Source: a virus. From it: a DNA stretch of 64,000 nucleotides. Location: positions 1-64,000 of the IMG/VR virus record IMGVR_UViG_3300031787_000044; one strand, 5' to 3'. The notes below the pieces were generated by a model. It searched no databases. It was not told where the DNA came from and saw only the letters and a program-made list of their open reading frames with translations. The position numbers were made by a program, and so were the translations under genes. Positions 20,101 to 30,303 of the stretch are shown here, piece by piece (the first letter of the stretch is position 1; every line of letters starts with the position of its first letter).

Positions 20101-22489
20101 TGCGGACATAGATCTTGTCACTCCATTCCAACAATTTTCTGATGCGATACAAGAGTTTATACCTTTAACATCTACAAGTAGTGAACTCATAGCTTCAGAA
20201 ACTTTAGATCCTGGTAGACGCGGATTCCTTGGAATCTTTGGCCGAAGAAATGCGGTAGTTGAAGACACCTTTAGAGACACAACTAGAACCGTCCAGGTTA
20301 CGGGTCAACAAGTAAACGAGCAGAGAGTTGGAGATTTTGTAACCAACTTTAGTTTCGAACCATATATGAGAGCAAGAGATGTTAACATATATGTCTCGGG
20401 TCTGAGACCAAACACACAACATTATTTCTTCTTTGATGAAAGAGATGTTAATATACACGTGTCTCCAGGAAGCGCGGTTGATGGCGCAGACAATGTTACT
20501 CGCCTTGGTGCTAAAGGCGACGCAGTATTATCTGATGCAAACGGTGTATTAAGAGCAGTGTTCAGCTTACCTGAAGCAACGTTCTTCGTCGGTGATAGAA
20601 AGCTAGAGATCGCTGACGTGGATCAATACGCATCTATCGAAAGTGGTGGAACCTCTTACTCTGTTTTAACATATAGAGCATATAACTTCTCTGTAGAAAA
20701 AGCATCGTTCACTCTAACGACTAGAACACCAGAATCCTTTGTAACCGAAGTTGTTACAGAGAGAAACGTGACTCGTAGAGGAAGACCTACTGGAGGAAAG
20801 GATCCAATTGCCCAAACATTCTTTACCAAAAAAGGTATGGGTCTAGGATCAAACACGGTGTTCATATCAAAAGTAGATCTGTACTTTAAGAGAAAGAGCA
20901 CTATCAACGGCGTCACCGTAGAACTTAGAGAAGTTGTAAATGGGTATCCATCATATACGGTTATACCTTTCTCAAAAGTACACCTTACTCCTGCTCAAGT
21001 TTCTACATCAGACGACGCTTCGGTCACAACTACAGTTACTTTCCCAGCACCAATAAGATTAGATGTAGAAAAAGAATACGCGCTTGTCATAATGCCAGAT
21101 GCATCGGATCCTGACTACCTAGTCTTTACTTCTAAGGTCGGCGGAACAAACCTAACACCTGGCGCAAACCTAGGTCTTCCTGTCGTTCAAGACTGGGGTG
21201 ACGGTGTTCTATTCACTTCTACAAATGGAACTGCATGGAAATCGTATCAAGATGAAGACCTTAAGTTTAATCTATACCGCCACAACTTTAATGCTCCTGC
21301 CGGATCAGTTACTTTTATAAATGACAATAACGAGTTTATTACAACGCAAAACAACATTGGAAGATTCCAAGTAGGTGAGGTGGTCTATAAGTTAGAGACC
21401 GCGGATGCGTCAACTTCAAATACTGTTAGTGTTGTAGCTGGCAATAATCAAATTACTGGAACTAACATGGACACCACGTACTCAAGCGGAGATTACATAC
21501 TGCTTGATAACGGATCTACGAACAAGCAGATCTTTAGAGTACAGAGCTCAAACACCACTGTTGTTGTATCTGATAGGCCGGCTGCGTTTACAGATTCTAT
21601 CGCCGCATACCCAATAACATTTGGAACTCTAACTCATTATGACTTCAGGTATCCGAATTTCATAATGCTTGAAAAATCAAGCGCGACATCCACTCGAAAG
21701 TTTGCCGCTGGAAATACTCTGTATGGGTTCGATAGCGGGACTGAGAGTACGGTCGTGTCTGTTGATAACGCAGAATATAGTTATATCCAGCCTATGATCA
21801 TGAGAACTGATGATAGTGTAACTAGAACTGCTCTAAGTGGAACATTCGTAGATCCAAACAATACTTCAAATATATACACAAAGAACATGCTGTTTAATGA
21901 TAAGGTCACGTTTGGCGAAAACGGCATGGTAGTATTTAGTAAGTCAAACGATCCTGATAGAAACAAAGGATTGAAACTTACGGTATCAATGACGAATGGC
22001 GGTAATACAACATCGTCGCCGTTCATAGATGTTGAAACCGCAACGTTACTTGCTTATCAGTGGAAGATAAGTAACAGCGCGGCTAATACTTCTAAGTATG
22101 TTTCAAAAACCGTTCAGCTGGCCGAAAATCTCGACGCAGAAGATTTTAAACTCTACGTTACTGGTTATAGACCAAACGGAACTAATATAAAAGCTTTTAT
22201 TAAAGTTCAGTCTCCAACAGACCCCGCTGTTTTTGAAACTAACGATTGGATAGAATTAGAACTCGTAAGTGGTGTTAATACATTCTCGTCGTTAAGCAAT
22301 ACTTCAGACTTTAGAGAGTTTGAATTTGGAGTTTCAGACGCGAATAAAACACTAGGAGTGCTAACTTATACCAATTCGTTTGGAACGTTTGAAGGATATA
22401 GAAAGTTTGCTATTAAGATAGAGCTATATTCAGAAAATATATTTAAAGCACCAAGACTTCTTGATTACAGAGGGATATCACTAACATGA
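17117..22489 (+). CDS. Large virion structural protein, VrlC-like / DUF4815 family
   Basis: TDLNVDPYFDDF..FYKVLFKPSFAVQARELTQMQTILQNQIEQFG, APGADRLK, MARRTYEESGDY, RFKNGIIVDPF, DPIAQTF and EDLKF motifs. This family is typically found after gp8 in environmental T4-like phages. Confidence 0.82.
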   Translation: MPINTDLNVDPYFDDFRVEKQFYKVLFKPSFAVQARELTQMQTILQNQIEQFGDNIFKEGSIIKGCNFSELGDLNFVKLTDKPNFNVESYVGFSDTVTITGQTFTRDNTFELRGAVSGVTASVIAATRGFETRNPDLNTFYINYTTTSAGNKTFQTGELLNIWKISTVEVGTNINRTEQLVDSINVTSFSGALGNSFGLRSAPGVIFQKGHFLFAEEQLVIVSKYTNIPDNVSIGYLVEERLINSFQDSSLLDNANGSFNQNAPGADRLKLIPVLTALPTDVADGDTTFFTLSRYTNGNAVTLRDVSQYNALGEEMARRTYEESGDYIVRDFKTKIVRRDDGLKASVGTGLAYVKGYRIENLGEVLLNIDDIANTSFDERTNQAISYKYGGYLDLLDTATSGTITLGDFSTVTLKDETGSNAGTARVRNVTNDKIFLFDTRFVGSNTIRDVERIVGNTGYLTVANNSLIKETSSASMIFDTGMISVKSTSGHVIPVRTSRSLTGLSGTTVTISPASGEDFSLSNDDILFVDGTNVKIDVVSSTIVGADLVLTLASAPSSTATVYFNKRVVNVNPFTKINEDLYVKCTFANSDISTTAKYNLGFPDVYEVVSITDSANNDVTTSFRLRSNQKDNYYDHSYIEYIQGRPAPSDGDMTVHMKAFKLNDTSGSYFFTVDSYPVSFPRNKIPLYVSPSGASYNLRDSLDFRPHAEPLSPATYANAASLATAPTVSDSSTGVNVSPTFSASHQIITPALNQFGSLNYEFFFNRTDLVTVDSYGSISIVKGVEAEKSLPPSVVSDQIAIAEIYVPGNPALTPDEADSSSKPQYRVSTRLKGTKSYKMKDIQNIEEKLDALKYYVLLSSLEAETKNLNVTDENGLTRFKNGIIVDPFNDLNIANLEDTEYNAALDFTEKSLMPSVKTFPINMVYHSSSSATLFPSESNVKVATLQRNADVSIIAQPYATEFRNCVSNFYSYKGVGNLVPEFDTVYDTVTNPVNADIDLVTPFQQFSDAIQEFIPLTSTSSELIASETLDPGRRGFLGIFGRRNAVVEDTFRDTTRTVQVTGQQVNEQRVGDFVTNFSFEPYMRARDVNIYVSGLRPNTQHYFFFDERDVNIHVSPGSAVDGADNVTRLGAKGDAVLSDANGVLRAVFSLPEATFFVGDRKLEIADVDQYASIESGGTSYSVLTYRAYNFSVEKASFTLTTRTPESFVTEVVTERNVTRRGRPTGGKDPIAQTFFTKKGMGLGSNTVFISKVDLYFKRKSTINGVTVELREVVNGYPSYTVIPFSKVHLTPAQVSTSDDASVTTTVTFPAPIRLDVEKEYALVIMPDASDPDYLVFTSKVGGTNLTPGANLGLPVVQDWGDGVLFTSTNGTAWKSYQDEDLKFNLYRHNFNAPAGSVTFINDNNEFITTQNNIGRFQVGEVVYKLETADASTSNTVSVVAGNNQITGTNMDTTYSSGDYILLDNGSTNKQIFRVQSSNTTVVVSDRPAAFTDSIAAYPITFGTLTHYDFRYPNFIMLEKSSATSTRKFAAGNTLYGFDSGTESTVVSVDNAEYSYIQPMIMRTDDSVTRTALSGTFVDPNNTSNIYTKNMLFNDKVTFGENGMVVFSKSNDPDRNKGLKLTVSMTNGGNTTSSPFIDVETATLLAYQWKISNSAANTSKYVSKTVQLAENLDAEDFKLYVTGYRPNGTNIKAFIKVQSPTDPAVFETNDWIELELVSGVNTFSSLSNTSDFREFEFGVSDANKTLGVLTYTNSFGTFEGYRKFAIKIELYSENIFKAPRLLDYRGISLT

Positions 22490-22668
22490 ATCTTGTAAGA
22501 GACGAAAAAACTGGAGCTCTCCTAAACAACGATGTTACATCTCTTAATAAATATAAATTAGAAAGAGATAGAATTCGAAAAATGGACTTACTTTCAAAAG
22601 AAGTTAAAGAGATAAGAAAAATTTTGAGTTCAGTTTGCGAAAGACTCGATAAGATAGAAAGCGTGTAA
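22486..22668 (+). CDS. Small coiled-coil protein (companion of the VrlC-like gene)
   Basis: 60 aa, LVRDEKTGALLN..., coupled by an ATGA overlap. Confidence 0.7.
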   Translation: MNLVRDEKTGALLNNDVTSLNKYKLERDRIRKMDLLSKEVKEIRKILSSVCERLDKIESV

Positions 22669-22671
22669 GAC

Positions 22672-23853
22672 ATGGCAAAACCAGGTTTAAGTAATATAGT
22701 AACTACGCAAACTTTTCAAACGTGGTTGGATACAACCAACGATATGGTTGACATAATGAAAGCAGACGCCATGACAGCGTCTGCTCTAGGCGATACCGCA
22801 TCAGGAAACTCAACGCTAATAGGAAGTTTTACCGCTAACAATATAATAGCATTCGACTTGCTGAGAGTTGATTCCATATCTCCAAAATTAGGATCTTCCA
22901 CTGTAGGTTTTAATAATCCAATTTCCGTCACATCTTCAACGCAGACCGCCGCAACTGTAATCAGTACAAACGGTGCCAGAATAAACTACTCTTCTGGTTC
23001 TTCAACGTGGAGAACTGGATTTGAAGATACAACTACGAATAATTTTATTATTGATAACGGTGCTGGTACTACAAAACTATCTTTAACTCCAACTGGAAAT
23101 CTTACAATCGCAGGAACCTTTAATGCGGTTGGCGGTATAGTTGCGGGAGCAGGAGGCCTAGTTGGAAATCTAACTGGCAACGTAACTGGAAACGTAACCG
23201 GTAATTTAACTGGCAACGTAACTGGAACTGTTAGCTCGCTAAGTAATCATACGACCGATAACTTGACTGAAGGAACAAACAGTTTATACTTCACAAACGC
23301 GCGCGCAAGAAATGCTATAAGCGCTAGTGGTATTCTATCTTATGATTCATCGACTGGCGTTATGACTCTAACGAATTCTACCGTGCGAGGGCTGCTGAGC
23401 GCAGGAACTGGCGTAACGTATGATAACACAACTGGAATCATATCCATAGGTCAGGCCGTAGCTACAACGAGCAACGTTACCTTTGCAAACCTAACCACGA
23501 CAGGTACTATTACATCTACTGGTGCTATATCTTCAAACGGCGACGTTACTGCATTTGCGTCTTCTTCTGATATACGTAAGAAAGAAAACATAAACAGAAT
23601 TGACAACGCATTAGAAAGAGTACTAAGCGTAGGCGGTTACACGTATAATTTTATTGGCGACGATAGACGCATAACCGGTGTCATAGCCCAAGAGATCGAA
23701 ACAATATTGCCTGAGGCGGTATATGAGATAGACGATCCAAAATTTGGTTCAAAAACAAAAGCAGTACGTTATGGAAACATAGTTGGTCTTCTAATAGAAG
23801 CAATAAAAGAACTTAAGAGTGAACTCGACAGTATAAAGGAAAGTTCCAAATGA
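22672..23853 (+). CDS. Tail fibre/appendage protein with C-terminal intramolecular chaperone (peptidase S74)
   Basis: TFQTWLDTTN N-terminus, GNLT/GNVT repeats, TDNLTEGTNSLYFT, and SDIRKKENI...GVIAQEIETILPEAV...VRYGNIVGLLIEAIKEL. Confidence 0.8.
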   Translation: MAKPGLSNIVTTQTFQTWLDTTNDMVDIMKADAMTASALGDTASGNSTLIGSFTANNIIAFDLLRVDSISPKLGSSTVGFNNPISVTSSTQTAATVISTNGARINYSSGSSTWRTGFEDTTTNNFIIDNGAGTTKLSLTPTGNLTIAGTFNAVGGIVAGAGGLVGNLTGNVTGNVTGNLTGNVTGTVSSLSNHTTDNLTEGTNSLYFTNARARNAISASGILSYDSSTGVMTLTNSTVRGLLSAGTGVTYDNTTGIISIGQAVATTSNVTFANLTTTGTITSTGAISSNGDVTAFASSSDIRKKENINRIDNALERVLSVGGYTYNFIGDDRRITGVIAQEIETILPEAVYEIDDPKFGSKTKAVRYGNIVGLLIEAIKELKSELDSIKESSK

Positions 23854-24031
23854 TGATTACTGCTACGATCTATTAGTACAATATGACAATTAGTTGGCTG
23901 AGTAAAAATAAAAAAGTGCATGATCGTAAATTTATGAAAAAAGTGTCTAAGAATCGGGTGTATCTTATAATTCATCAAGCTTTTCGTAATAGGGCTTAAA
24001 ATTATAACTCTTAAACCATCCTGCATCTTTT

Positions 24032-24039
24032 TATAAATA
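24032..24039 (+). promoter_or_regulatory. T4-type late promoter
   Basis: TATAAATA upstream of the GAGG RBS and ATG 24064. Confidence 0.82.
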
Positions 24040-24063
24040 GAAAGAAAAAGAGGTTAAACGAAT

Positions 24064-27000
24064 ATGACAAAAATTTCAGATCTTGATGGGATTTCAGGCG
24101 ATAAGACGAAATCAAGAGATCTCTTTGTCGTTGTTAACTTGGATCAAGGTGATGATGGCACAAAGAACATCACCCGCGCAGAACTCATAAATTCTTTAGA
24201 AGAAGAAGTATTTGATAATATCAAGATAGAAGGCGGTTATATTAGAGATATTCCTATAACCGATCCAAACATAACGGTTACCGAAACTCTATCTGGCGAT
24301 ATAGCTCCTACTGATTATTTCTACTTAAAGGACATATCTTCAGGAACTACTGTTGCGTTTTCTTACTCGCAGCTATACAACGAGATCGCAAAGTCTTCAA
24401 AGAAGGCTAGAAAGATATATGTAAGCGTTGAAGGTGATGACGATAACATAGGTAGTTATCTAGCTCCGGTAGCAACTCTTGAAAGAGCCGTTCGTATTGC
24501 TCAGGAAGCTTCCGAAGAAGTTGCACCAGGTTTATTAGGAAGACGAATAGTCAACATCACGGTTCATCCAGGAACGTATTATACAAACGGTGAGTTAGCG
24601 TTACCGGACTTCTGTTCAATAGTTTCATCGACTGGCCAGTACACTACAAATATTGTAATGAACCCTGGATACGAGTCAAAGAATTGCATTCTCTTAGGAT
24701 CTGGGTGCTATGCGCAAGGATTTTCTTTCTTTAATCTTAAAGTAGATAACTTTGATTATCCTAGTTCTGGTTTTGCGTATGCGTTTAGACCTGGCGCAAG
24801 AATTACTAGATCACCTTACGTTAGAGACTCAAGCCAGATCTCAAACTACTTTGAAAGAGAGATACCACCTCTCTTAAATCCGTTTAACAGCCGAGGAACG
24901 ATTGAAGACCTCGGATTCGAACTTACAGTTTCAAACGTTTCATCGAATACTGATTTCCAAGTTGGAGACTCGATAGAAACTAGCGATGGCGTAACTGGAT
25001 TTATTTCAAGAGTTGAAGAGATTGGAACTGGAACTATATATGTTAGAAATAATAATGTAGATTTCACGGCCAATACAACAATCACGACATCGTCGGGCGG
25101 CACCGCAACAATAACTGTCGTTGGAGAAGAAGACTTTCCAAACAAGAACGTAGGTCGTGGAGGTGGGACGATACTCGCCGACCGAGCAGTTGTTGACCCA
25201 GATTCTATATTTCCATATATACTATGCTTTGGCGCTACTCCTCGTACTCAGAACGGTCTAGGATACGTTGCAAAGAACGGCGCTGGCATTAATGGTATCT
25301 CTTCTCTATCTATATTTTCTAGATGCGCGTTCTATGCGTTAGACGGTGGACAGATAACACTTAACAACTCCGGAACTCAGTTCGGCGACATCTCTATGAG
25401 AGCAAAGGGAACCACTCCTGTGTTCAATCCTAGAGAGACATCAGTAACTAGAGTTGCGAACGTAGAGCTAGCCGATACAATTATAAACTCATCAAACACC
25501 GTGATAGACGACCTATGGGAGTATTTAACGGACACTCTAGGATTCCAGGGGTACGACTCCGAAAAATGTAAGAGAGACACCAGATACATTCTAGAGGGTG
25601 TAGGGAACGATCTCGTACTAGGAACAAACTATTGGGCGGTTGTAAATGGAATTTCTTATAGAAGAGCAAGTTCTAGCATTGTAATTAGCAGCCAGCTCAC
25701 AGAAACATCTGGAGCAATATCTTTTCTAAAATCTTCGGTTCAGAACCTTCTCGAGGATGCAACTAGCGTTTCTAGAACAAACGCTGCTTTTGATGAAATT
25801 ATAGATATCCTGACGAATGGAACCGGAAACGCGAATGCTCTTACATTCACGAATACCGGAGTCACAAACCACGCAATAGCCAGAGATCTGTTGGTAGCTA
25901 ATAAAACTAAAATACAAAACGATCTGATTACTTGGATAAACACAAATTATCCTTCTCTTGTGTATAACCAAACGACTTGCAGAAGAGACACCGGGTACGT
26001 AATAGACGCGTTAACACACGATTTAAACTATAACACAAACACTGCTACTATACTCAATGCTGAGGCTTATTTTGTTGGTACATCAAGCCAACTTCCTTTA
26101 AACCAAAGAGAACCAACCGCCGCGGCATGGAACAGACTTGGTGAGATATGCTCATCAATAATGTTGGGTACGTATACAGGACAGAGCACGGCCCCAGGTA
26201 TTGCTTCTCAGAACGAAGCAAACAGATGTATAGAACTAGCTAATATCTTAAGAAATGTTATAAAGTATAACTCTCTTACTTATTTACCAGCTGCTGAGGA
26301 ACCGGATCTGTCTTGGGTAAATAATACTTTCTCCAACAGCCGAGAAATAATAAACGATAATATCACAAATCTGCAGAAAACCACGATCGCATATGTAAAT
26401 TCTGAGTATGACTTTATCGATGAAAATCTTACAAGAAGAGACGCTCTGAACTTCTTACGTTCCATCACTAATGACTTTAGAGAAGGAACACAAACAGGTA
26501 CTCGCATCTTTACAGCTGGGCTCTTTAATTATAGAGGAAGACATGTTTTCTCTGTATTTAATCCAACTACCATTGGATTGAACTACATTGGAAGTGTGGC
26601 CGGGCCAAATACAACGAATTTACCGGCCGGATCTACAGTCGAGATTAATGACGCATATATCGTATATTCTAGCATAGCAAATATATACGATGGAACCATT
26701 TACTATTGGAACGGTTCTGCTTGGACTTCTGATGGTGCAAATGATATATCTCTCTTAAACGCTTTCACAAATTCGTGGGATCGTATGAGAGATACTATTA
26801 AGAGCCAGTTCTCTCTAACTGCTGGCGAAGAAGCGATGCTTGACGGTCTTATCGATGATGTTCTAATAGCAAGTGTAAGAAATCCTCTTATCATTAACTT
26901 TGGAAGCTTAGTAGAAAGTCTATCTCACCAGTTTAACCTTGCTAGCGCTGGTGTTAACGTAAACGCGCTTCCTCTAAACTTTAGAAGACTAGGACAGCCG

Positions 27001-27195
27001 ATATCTGCTGCTGCGTCCGTTCTCCAAGAAGACGGAGGACGAGTAAGATGGTCCGGCGCGGACGAGTTGAACAACCAGTATTTTGCAAGAGGTCTTAGAA
27101 TCAACGGTAGAACCGGAAGAATCGAAGGTCGCCCATTTACATCTTCAGTTAGGAAATTAGCTCGCAGAGCCGCAAATAGTAGGACATCAACATGA
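24064..27195 (+). CDS. Large virion fibre/appendage protein, module A subunit 1
   Basis: N-terminal 'TKISDL..DLFVVV..TKNIT' fibre motif. IYVSVEGDDDNIG and PGTY suggest a beta-helix start, followed by KCKRD/TCRRD helical repeats. Paralogous to 46658..48280. Confidence 0.65.
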   Translation: MTKISDLDGISGDKTKSRDLFVVVNLDQGDDGTKNITRAELINSLEEEVFDNIKIEGGYIRDIPITDPNITVTETLSGDIAPTDYFYLKDISSGTTVAFSYSQLYNEIAKSSKKARKIYVSVEGDDDNIGSYLAPVATLERAVRIAQEASEEVAPGLLGRRIVNITVHPGTYYTNGELALPDFCSIVSSTGQYTTNIVMNPGYESKNCILLGSGCYAQGFSFFNLKVDNFDYPSSGFAYAFRPGARITRSPYVRDSSQISNYFEREIPPLLNPFNSRGTIEDLGFELTVSNVSSNTDFQVGDSIETSDGVTGFISRVEEIGTGTIYVRNNNVDFTANTTITTSSGGTATITVVGEEDFPNKNVGRGGGTILADRAVVDPDSIFPYILCFGATPRTQNGLGYVAKNGAGINGISSLSIFSRCAFYALDGGQITLNNSGTQFGDISMRAKGTTPVFNPRETSVTRVANVELADTIINSSNTVIDDLWEYLTDTLGFQGYDSEKCKRDTRYILEGVGNDLVLGTNYWAVVNGISYRRASSSIVISSQLTETSGAISFLKSSVQNLLEDATSVSRTNAAFDEIIDILTNGTGNANALTFTNTGVTNHAIARDLLVANKTKIQNDLITWINTNYPSLVYNQTTCRRDTGYVIDALTHDLNYNTNTATILNAEAYFVGTSSQLPLNQREPTAAAWNRLGEICSSIMLGTYTGQSTAPGIASQNEANRCIELANILRNVIKYNSLTYLPAAEEPDLSWVNNTFSNSREIINDNITNLQKTTIAYVNSEYDFIDENLTRRDALNFLRSITNDFREGTQTGTRIFTAGLFNYRGRHVFSVFNPTTIGLNYIGSVAGPNTTNLPAGSTVEINDAYIVYSSIANIYDGTIYYWNGSAWTSDGANDISLLNAFTNSWDRMRDTIKSQFSLTAGEEAMLDGLIDDVLIASVRNPLIINFGSLVESLSHQFNLASAGVNVNALPLNFRRLGQPISAAASVLQEDGGRVRWSGADELNNQYFARGLRINGRTGRIEGRPFTSSVRKLARRAANSRTST

Positions 27196-27614
27196 CAACT
27201 ATCATATCAACAAGTCAAGCGCCTGACGCAAAACCAATAGGTCTTAGTGTTGCGTTGACAACGAACTGGCAACCAATTATAGAAGTTCCTAGTTATGAAA
27301 TACCAGAACTTGTCTTTGGAGGCAGCACGGTAGTAGTTCCAGGTGTTGCCGAGATCATAACTCCACTTCTTATTGCAAACAGAGACATACAGACTGTAGA
27401 CGTAAGTGTAAGGATATATCGCGCAAGTTCAAACACTACGTTCTGGCTAGCGAATGAAATTCCGGTGCCTAAATTCGATGTCATTGCGTATCCTATGAAT
27501 GGTCAGTTCATATATACTGGCGATATACTCGAAGTAAAAGCCACGACCAACAATACAGTCGATGTGACTATATCATATACGTTGGGTCAGGCGGAGGAAG
27601 ACGATGTCTCTTAA
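27192..27614 (+). CDS. Small beta-rich structural protein, module A subunit 2
   Basis: Translationally coupled. Paralogue of 48284..48748 (IIEVPSYEIP vs [23 protein letters not shown]). Confidence 0.6.
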   Translation: MTTIISTSQAPDAKPIGLSVALTTNWQPIIEVPSYEIPELVFGGSTVVVPGVAEIITPLLIANRDIQTVDVSVRIYRASSNTTFWLANEIPVPKFDVIAYPMNGQFIYTGDILEVKATTNNTVDVTISYTLGQAEEDDVS

Positions 27615-30303
27615 AAGTATACGCGGAGCACAATTAACTCCGACTCGTTTATTTGACACTCCAGTCCCTATCACACTGGATCCAGTTGCGTTCCAGTTTA
27701 CGGTAGTATATGGGCAGGATGGAAATCTTTATACTTCTGATGGAATTACCTGGAACATAGCTACAGCCACGCAAGGTATTCAGGGTATTCAGGGTAGCCA
27801 AGGTGTTCAGGGTAACTATGGCCCATCTCTCGTTGTGATTGGGACGATCGCTACTGTAGGTGCAACACCTCAGACCGCGCTAAATGCTGCGTTTCCAGGA
27901 GCTGCAGTCGGTGAAGGTGTTATTGATGAAACTACTCAAGATTTTTGGGTATACAACGGTACAAATTGGATTAATGCAGGCCCAATCGCTGGTGTTCAAG
28001 GTGTTCAAGGTGTTCAGGGTGTTCAGGGTACGCAGGGAACGCAAGGCCGCCAAGGTATTCAGGGTATTCAAGGTACAGTTGGGCAGGGTACACAGGGTTT
28101 CCAAGGTATTCAGGGAAATCAAGGCGTTCAGGGTATTCAAGGTACTGCTATCCAAGGTATTCAGGGTATCCAAGGTATTCAGGGTAGCCAAGGTGTTCAA
28201 GGTATCCAAGGTATAGATGGAACTCTTGGCGCAAAAGGCGATCAGGGTATTCAAGGTATTACAGGATCACAAGGTATCCAAGGTAGCCAAGGCATTCAAG
28301 GTATTCAGGGTACTTCTATCCAAGGTATTCAGGGTATTCAAGGTAACCAAGGCGTTCAGGGCATTCAGGGTACTGCCATCCAAGGTATTCAGGGTATCCA
28401 AGGTATTCAGGGTATCACTGGCGAACAAGGTATTCAGGGTGCGATGGCTGCTCGCGCATCTGTCGAAATTAGCGCTACTCCACCGTCTAGCCCAGGAATT
28501 GGTGACCTTTGGTGGGATCCGGAAAGCGGTGAACTCTATGTTTATTACGATGACGGCGATACTATTCAATGGGTAGAATCTACAAGCGTATTTGGCGTCC
28601 AAGGTAGTCAAGGTGTTCAGGGTATTCAGGGTACTGCCATCCAAGGTATTCAGGGTATAGCTGGAACTGGATCGCAGGGCGTTCAAGGTAACGCAGGTTC
28701 TCAGGGTGTTCAGGGTATTACTGGAGCGCAGGGTATCCAAGGTATTACCGGATCGCAAGGTGTTCAGGGTATCTCTGGATCGCAAGGTATCCAAGGTATC
28801 CAGGGTATTGAAGGAGAAGGTGTTCAGGGTATCCAAGGCATCGCTGGATCTCAAGGTGTTCAAGGTATTACTGGAGCACAGGGTATCCAAGGTATTGAAG
28901 GAGAAGGTGTTCAGGGTATCCAAGGCATCGCTGGATCACAAGGTGTTCAGGGTATCACTGGAGAAGGTACACAAGGTTCTCAAGGTATCACTGGATCGCA
29001 AGGTGTTCAGGGTATCTCTGGATCGCAAGGTATCCAAGGTATTGAAGGAGAAGGTGTTCAAGGTATTCAGGGTATCGTTGGCGAACAAGGTGTTCAGGGT
29101 ATCACTGGAGCAGGTACACAAGGTTCTCAAGGTATCACTGGATCGCAAGGTGTTCAAGGTATTCAGGGTATCGTTGGCGAACAAGGCGTTCAGGGTACTG
29201 GTGGCGCCGGTGAACAGGGCGTACAAGGTATTACCGGATCGCAAGGCATACAAGGTATCACTGGAGATCAAGGTGTTCAAGGTACAGGTGGCGCCGGCGA
29301 ACAAGGCGTTCAAGGTATCACTGGCGAACAGGGTATCCAAGGTATTACTGGCGAACAGGGTGTTCAGGGTATAACTGGATCTCAAGGCGTTCAAGGTATT
29401 ACTGGAGAACAGGGTATCCAAGGTATCGCTGGAACTGGTTCTCAAGGTGTTCAGGGTATATCTGGTGAACAGGGAATACAGGGTATCACTGGTGAACAGG
29501 GCATCCAAGGTATCACTGGAGCACAAGGTGTTCAGGGTATCCAAGGTATCACTGGTGAACAGGGAATACAGGGTATCACTGGAGATCAAGGTGTTCAAGG
29601 TACTGGGGGTGCTGGAGAGCAAGGTGTCCAAGGTATCACTGGATCTCAAGGCATTCAGGGTATTACTGGCGCAGGATCACAAGGTGTTCAGGGTATCACT
29701 GGTGAACAAGGCATTCAGGGTATCACTGGTGAACAAGGTGTTCAGGGTATCACTGGTGAACAAGGCGTACAGGGTATCACCGGATCTCAAGGTACGCAAG
29801 GAACCGGAGCTCAAGGTATTCAGGGTATCACAGGCTCTCAAGGAGTTCAGGGTATTCAAGGCCCGGAGTCTGCTTCTGCTTCAGCAACAGATCTTCAAGC
29901 AACAAATGATACTTCGACGAACGCAAGCTTCTATCCTGTGTTTGTAGCTAACGTTGGCTCCGTTCAGACTGTTAATGCGGCCGATAGTAAGTTATATTTC
30001 AATCCAAGCACTGGAACACTCAACGCGACAAACTTTAACTCTCTTTCTGATATTGCGCATAAGAAGAATCTCAACCCAATTTCTGAAAGCCTGGACATCT
30101 TAAGTAAGATAAACACGTACGAATTTAATTGGAAGAGCAACGATATAAAGAGTTACGGTGTAATCGCTCAAGAGTTTGAAAAGATTATGCCTGAACTCGT
30201 AGAAACAAATGGAAATGGAGATAAGACGGTGGCTTATATACCGCTCATTGCTATCATGATTGATGCAATAAAGAAATTAGGAGAGAGAAATGGCAGCATT
30301 TGA
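27604..30303 (+). CDS. Collagen-like fibre protein (Gly-X-Gln repeats) with C-terminal S74 chaperone
   Basis: Long GIQ/GVQ/GSQ/GIT/GEQ triplet tracts and a PPSSPGIGDLWWD linker domain. C-terminal SDIAHKKN..YGVIAQEFEKIMPELV. Confidence 0.88.
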   Translation: MSLKSIRGAQLTPTRLFDTPVPITLDPVAFQFTVVYGQDGNLYTSDGITWNIATATQGIQGIQGSQGVQGNYGPSLVVIGTIATVGATPQTALNAAFPGAAVGEGVIDETTQDFWVYNGTNWINAGPIAGVQGVQGVQGVQGTQGTQGRQGIQGIQGTVGQGTQGFQGIQGNQGVQGIQGTAIQGIQGIQGIQGSQGVQGIQGIDGTLGAKGDQGIQGITGSQGIQGSQGIQGIQGTSIQGIQGIQGNQGVQGIQGTAIQGIQGIQGIQGITGEQGIQGAMAARASVEISATPPSSPGIGDLWWDPESGELYVYYDDGDTIQWVESTSVFGVQGSQGVQGIQGTAIQGIQGIAGTGSQGVQGNAGSQGVQGITGAQGIQGITGSQGVQGISGSQGIQGIQGIEGEGVQGIQGIAGSQGVQGITGAQGIQGIEGEGVQGIQGIAGSQGVQGITGEGTQGSQGITGSQGVQGISGSQGIQGIEGEGVQGIQGIVGEQGVQGITGAGTQGSQGITGSQGVQGIQGIVGEQGVQGTGGAGEQGVQGITGSQGIQGITGDQGVQGTGGAGEQGVQGITGEQGIQGITGEQGVQGITGSQGVQGITGEQGIQGIAGTGSQGVQGISGEQGIQGITGEQGIQGITGAQGVQGIQGITGEQGIQGITGDQGVQGTGGAGEQGVQGITGSQGIQGITGAGSQGVQGITGEQGIQGITGEQGVQGITGEQGVQGITGSQGTQGTGAQGIQGITGSQGVQGIQGPESASASATDLQATNDTSTNASFYPVFVANVGSVQTVNAADSKLYFNPSTGTLNATNFNSLSDIAHKKNLNPISESLDILSKINTYEFNWKSNDIKSYGVIAQEFEKIMPELVETNGNGDKTVAYIPLIAIMIDAIKKLGERNGSI
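27772..29860 (+). repeat. 9-bp-periodic collagen-coding repeat (CAR GGT RTY) tract
   Basis: Many CAAGGTATT/CAGGGTATC/CAAGGTGTT units, interrupted by short non-collagenous domains. Confidence 0.9.
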
